Assembly (NCBI GenBank): GCA_964486045.1
Contig: CAZALK010000014.1
Coordinates: forward strand, 32,001 to 96,000
DNA: 64,000 nucleotides
Direction of reading: 5' to 3'
Source: an uncultured archaeon
GTDB lineage: Archaea > Asgardarchaeota > Lokiarchaeia > Sigyniarchaeales > SOKP01
Shown here: piece after piece, positions 60,798 through 64,000 of the stretch
Layout of the letters: each line of letters begins with the position of its first letter
Numbering within the stretch: position 1 is the stretch's first letter
Notes under the pieces: generated by a model
Seen by the model: only the letters and a program-made list of their open reading frames with translations
Told to the model about the DNA's origin: nothing
The model's database searches: none
Position numbers and translations under genes: made by a program

Positions 60798-62765
60798 ATA
60801 AATTACTTATCATTTTTTCCCTACGATCAATTTAGAAGAGAACAAGAAAAAATTATAAAACAGATTGAAATAGATTCAAAATCAAGAAAAAATATTCTGT
60901 TAGCAGCCCCCAATGGTTCGGGAAAAACAATAATTGCATTGAGTGGACTACTTTCTTTAGCATATGAGAAAGATCTAAAAATTATTTATATGTGTAGAAC
61001 ACACTCTCAGAATAGAAGAGTTATCAGAGAATTAATCAAAATATCAGAAAAATTAGAGAAAAACCATCTTGGAATAAAATTAAATGGGCTTTCCATAAGA
61101 GGGAGGAACGAGATGTGCCTAAATGAAACTTTATTAGACTTAAAATTAAATCCTAAAGAGTCGATGTCAGTTTGTAAAGATTTAAGACAAAATAGGAACT
61201 GTTCTCACTTCTTAAATTTGTTAAAAAAAAAGGGAAAAGTAGAGAACCCTACGTTAATGGCCCCGGAATTATTCAACAAGCCCATTGATGCTGAGGAACT
61301 TATAGAGTTTTGCAAGAGTGACAAATTGTGCCCTTATTTTTTATGTAAATTCTTACTAAAAGAAATGAAAGTCATTATCTGTAATTATCAATGGATTTTC
61401 AACCCCCACATTCGGGAACTTTTCTTACAATTTGTGGATCAAGGATTAGACAATTGTATTTTAGTTCTCGATGAATGTCATAATATAATCGATGTAGCAA
61501 CAGATGTAAATTCTAATAGAATAACACCATATTCATTGAGATTATGTTTAAAGGACTTAGAAATGTATAGATCACCACGAGTAATGCAAAGATTTGTAAG
61601 AACTTTATTGGATCACTTTGATGAGAAAAAAAGTAGTCTAAACTACGGGGAACAAGCATTGGACCCAATTAACTATTTAAAAATCCTTTTTAAAAAACTT
61701 AATCTCAAAGATTTGAATGAATTTAAGAATATAATTGAAGAATTGCATGAATTCAGTATTTCGGTTCACAATGAGAAAAATTCTGATGGTAAAATTTCAA
61801 GGGATTACTTAGGTTCTTTTTCCGAGTTTTGGTTAAAATGGCTAAAAACATACAACCTTGAAAATTATTTTTTCTGTTTTACAGTTAAACAAGTTAAGCG
61901 AAAGAGATCAATTTCTTTAGAGATCGTGGCTTTAGATCCAAGAGAAATTGTTATTCCAATCTTAAAATCTGTTTTTACTTCCTTAAACTTATCTGGAACA
62001 GTAAATCCTTATGTCTATACTAATTTAATGGGATTAAATGAGAGTGGTAAAAGTTACAATGAAATAATAGCACAATCACCTTTCCAAAAGAAAAATATTA
62101 AGGCGATGATTATTGAGGGAGTGGATACTAAAAGAGATAATAGAACACCTGAAATGTTTGAGAAAATGATTTCTAAAATAAATGAAGTTTTAATGTGTAC
62201 TCCTGCAAATGTGGGTATATTTTGTGCCTCCTACCAAATACTTAAAGGTCTTATTTCGAATGGAATAGAGAAGATTGTAGAAAAGAACAATAAGAGTTTT
62301 TTTAACGAATCACCTGGATTATCTGCTTCAGAAAACAATACAATGGTGGATCAATTTAAAACAATGTCCTCGAATGGTGGGGCTGTATTACTTGGTGTAT
62401 GTGGGGGAAGAAATTCAGAAGGCGAGGATTATCCAGGGAATTACATGAACTCTGTTGTTATAGCTGGTATTCCTTATCATTTACCTACTCCGAGAGTTAA
62501 TGCCAAAATTAAATATTACGATAAAGTATTTAGACGTCAAGGTTGGAATTTTGCCTACTTATACCCAGCGATTCAGAGAGCAAACCAAGCCTCTGGTCGA
62601 CCAATAAGAAAAATATCTGATAAAGGAGCAATAATATTTCTGGATAGTCGTTTTAAAGCCAAAAACAAATGGATTTCAGAATGGATAAGAGAAGAACTAG
62701 AAATTATTCCAGATAAACCTAATGCATTAATTCAGACTTTAAAACCTTTTTGGAAGGGTAACTAG
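60798..62765 (+). CDS. xpd: XPD/Rad3 Fe-S DNA helicase; frame extends upstream of the listed ORF to a probable ATA start
   Basis: In-frame upstream sequence FFPYDQFRREQ (Q motif) and APNGSGKT (Walker A); Fe-S cysteines, DECH, SGT, SEGEDY, QASGRPIR. Confidence 0.88.
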   Translation: MNYLSFFPYDQFRREQEKIIKQIEIDSKSRKNILLAAPNGSGKTIIALSGLLSLAYEKDLKIIYMCRTHSQNRRVIRELIKISEKLEKNHLGIKLNGLSIRGRNEMCLNETLLDLKLNPKESMSVCKDLRQNRNCSHFLNLLKKKGKVENPTLMAPELFNKPIDAEELIEFCKSDKLCPYFLCKFLLKEMKVIICNYQWIFNPHIRELFLQFVDQGLDNCILVLDECHNIIDVATDVNSNRITPYSLRLCLKDLEMYRSPRVMQRFVRTLLDHFDEKKSSLNYGEQALDPINYLKILFKKLNLKDLNEFKNIIEELHEFSISVHNEKNSDGKISRDYLGSFSEFWLKWLKTYNLENYFFCFTVKQVKRKRSISLEIVALDPREIVIPILKSVFTSLNLSGTVNPYVYTNLMGLNESGKSYNEIIAQSPFQKKNIKAMIIEGVDTKRDNRTPEMFEKMISKINEVLMCTPANVGIFCASYQILKGLISNGIEKIVEKNNKSFFNESPGLSASENNTMVDQFKTMSSNGGAVLLGVCGGRNSEGEDYPGNYMNSVVIAGIPYHLPTPRVNAKIKYYDKVFRRQGWNFAYLYPAIQRANQASGRPIRKISDKGAIIFLDSRFKAKNKWISEWIREELEIIPDKPNALIQTLKPFWKGN

Positions 62766-62888
62766 ATTTGCTTTACAATATAAAATAAATATAATTGGTA
62801 GTACAGGAAAGATTATATTAAAATACATTGTACTATTAAAATTTGAGAAGAAGACCGCTAATATATAATTAACAGATAGGTTTCATTT

Positions 62889-64000
62889 TTATTTAAGTTT
62901 TAGAAATATTATTGCCACAGAAATTAATGGAAAAACAATCATAAAAGACATAGCAATATAATAATTAGGATTAAAAACTAATAAGAGACTGAAAAAAAGA
63001 CTTCCTATAAAACTACCTGAAAAAACACTAGCATTAGCATAACCCAATATCTGTCCTTTATTTTTTGGAGTTGTTTTTTGAGCAATATATACTATAGTGG
63101 CTGCCCAATGCATAGAATAGCTGAAAGAGAATAGAACCTGGCAGATGAGGAACATCCAAAAGTTCGATGCAATTATAAAGCCAAAAATTGATATAGTACT
63201 TAAAAAATAACCACTTATCATAAAAGATTTAATATTTTTTTTAGTAATCATCTTTCCCGCAGCAAGCATTTGAAAAAATTGTAAGAAAAAATTCAAACCA
63301 ATTAAAAAGCCTACTTCTGAGTCGTTACTCAAATACAGGCTCATTATAATTGCTAGAATAGCCATTATTGGTTTGATACTGAAATTTCTAAAAAATAATC
63401 CAAAATATATTGATTTAGAGATATGGTCTTCTTCTACAGTCTGTATTTTATTTAAGGCATTTATATTTTTGACATCTTTAAGTTTATACTTTTCCAAAAT
63501 CAAAGCTCTATTTTCTCTAATAAAAACAACAAAAAGAATGGCTGGAAGAGAAATTAACAAAAGAAATATAAAAATGTTTTCTATTGCATTGAGGTCAATG
63601 AAAATACCACCAGATTGGGCCCCCGTAAACCAACCTGCTACTATTGCAGCATTGTAATAGGAAATCAATTTCTTATCATCTTCAACTAATTCAGCATACA
63701 ACACAAATGAAATATTCGATAAAGACATAGATAAACCAAGGAAAAGGAGTAAAATAACAATAAATATCAAATCTTTTGTTAAAGATAACGCTAAAAATAC
63801 AAAAGATATTCCAATTACTCCAGATATTATGAAAACAACTCTATTTTGAAATCTGTCGGAATAAAAACCAAATAAAGGAGGAAAAATAAACGCAGTTAAT
63901 GGAAAGATAGAGGCTATAAGTTGAATTAAAGGTTTTTCTAGTCCCAAATTTAATAGATATCTAGGGATATATGTGAATACCATCATTGATGCAGCGCTCG
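62889..64000 (-). CDS. MFS transporter (5' end probably outside window)
   Basis: G.YSDRFQNR motif A-like, KGQILG.......G...GS, about 11 TM; frame is open to the window edge. Confidence 0.85.
   Translation of the reverse strand, partial: SAASMMVFTYIPRYLLNLGLEKPLIQLIASIFPLTAFIFPPLFGFYSDRFQNRVVFIISGVIGISFVFLALSLTKDLIFIVILLLFLGLSMSLSNISFVLYAELVEDDKKLISYYNAAIVAGWFTGAQSGGIFIDLNAIENIFIFLLLISLPAILFVVFIRENRALILEKYKLKDVKNINALNKIQTVEEDHISKSIYFGLFFRNFSIKPIMAILAIIMSLYLSNDSEVGFLIGLNFFLQFFQMLAAGKMITKKNIKSFMISGYFLSTISIFGFIIASNFWMFLICQVLFSFSYSMHWAATIVYIAQKTTPKNKGQILGYANASVFSGSFIGSLFFSLLLVFNPNYYIAMSFMIVFPLISVAIIFLKLK

Noticed and set aside
1230-63657. Short overlapping ORFs in the track (e.g. 1230-1478, 1755-2138, 10680-11170, 36563-36913, 41899-42330)
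   Set aside because: Antisense or off-frame shadows of well-supported genes, without motifs.

Overview
AT-rich archaeal chromosome segment, most likely Asgard (Lokiarchaeia). Support: H4MPT-pathway genes ftr/mtd/mch, a RagA/Gtr1-like GTPase with a C-terminal extension, a Rab-like GTPase, a presenilin-like protease, a Loki-CTERM-type tail and several TPR proteins. The backbone encodes fatty-acid/CoA enzymes, glyS, purine/MTA salvage, the gcvT-H-PA-PB operon, a RecJ/Cdc45-like DHH protein, a beta-CASP RNase and XPD. Main finding: a ~12.5 kb island (~6731-19228) bracketed by the 3' end of glpD and an orphan, diverged second copy of the same last 47 glpD codons. It has no recognisable integrase. 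It encodes a membrane-anchored degenerate VirB4/HerA-like ATPase, an intact HerA/VirB4-like ATPase, a 1421-aa protein with 17-aa acidic DPF repeats and a C-terminal LAGLIDADG nuclease, and a surface beta-helix protein. Second theme: several genes carry in-frame stops or lack a canonical start without frameshifts (acyl-CoA dehydrogenase, island ATPase, rhaA twice at Trp codons, XPD ATA start), compatible with G>A/C>T transitions. No rRNA, tRNA or CRISPR array seen. All family calls come from motif recognition, not database searches.
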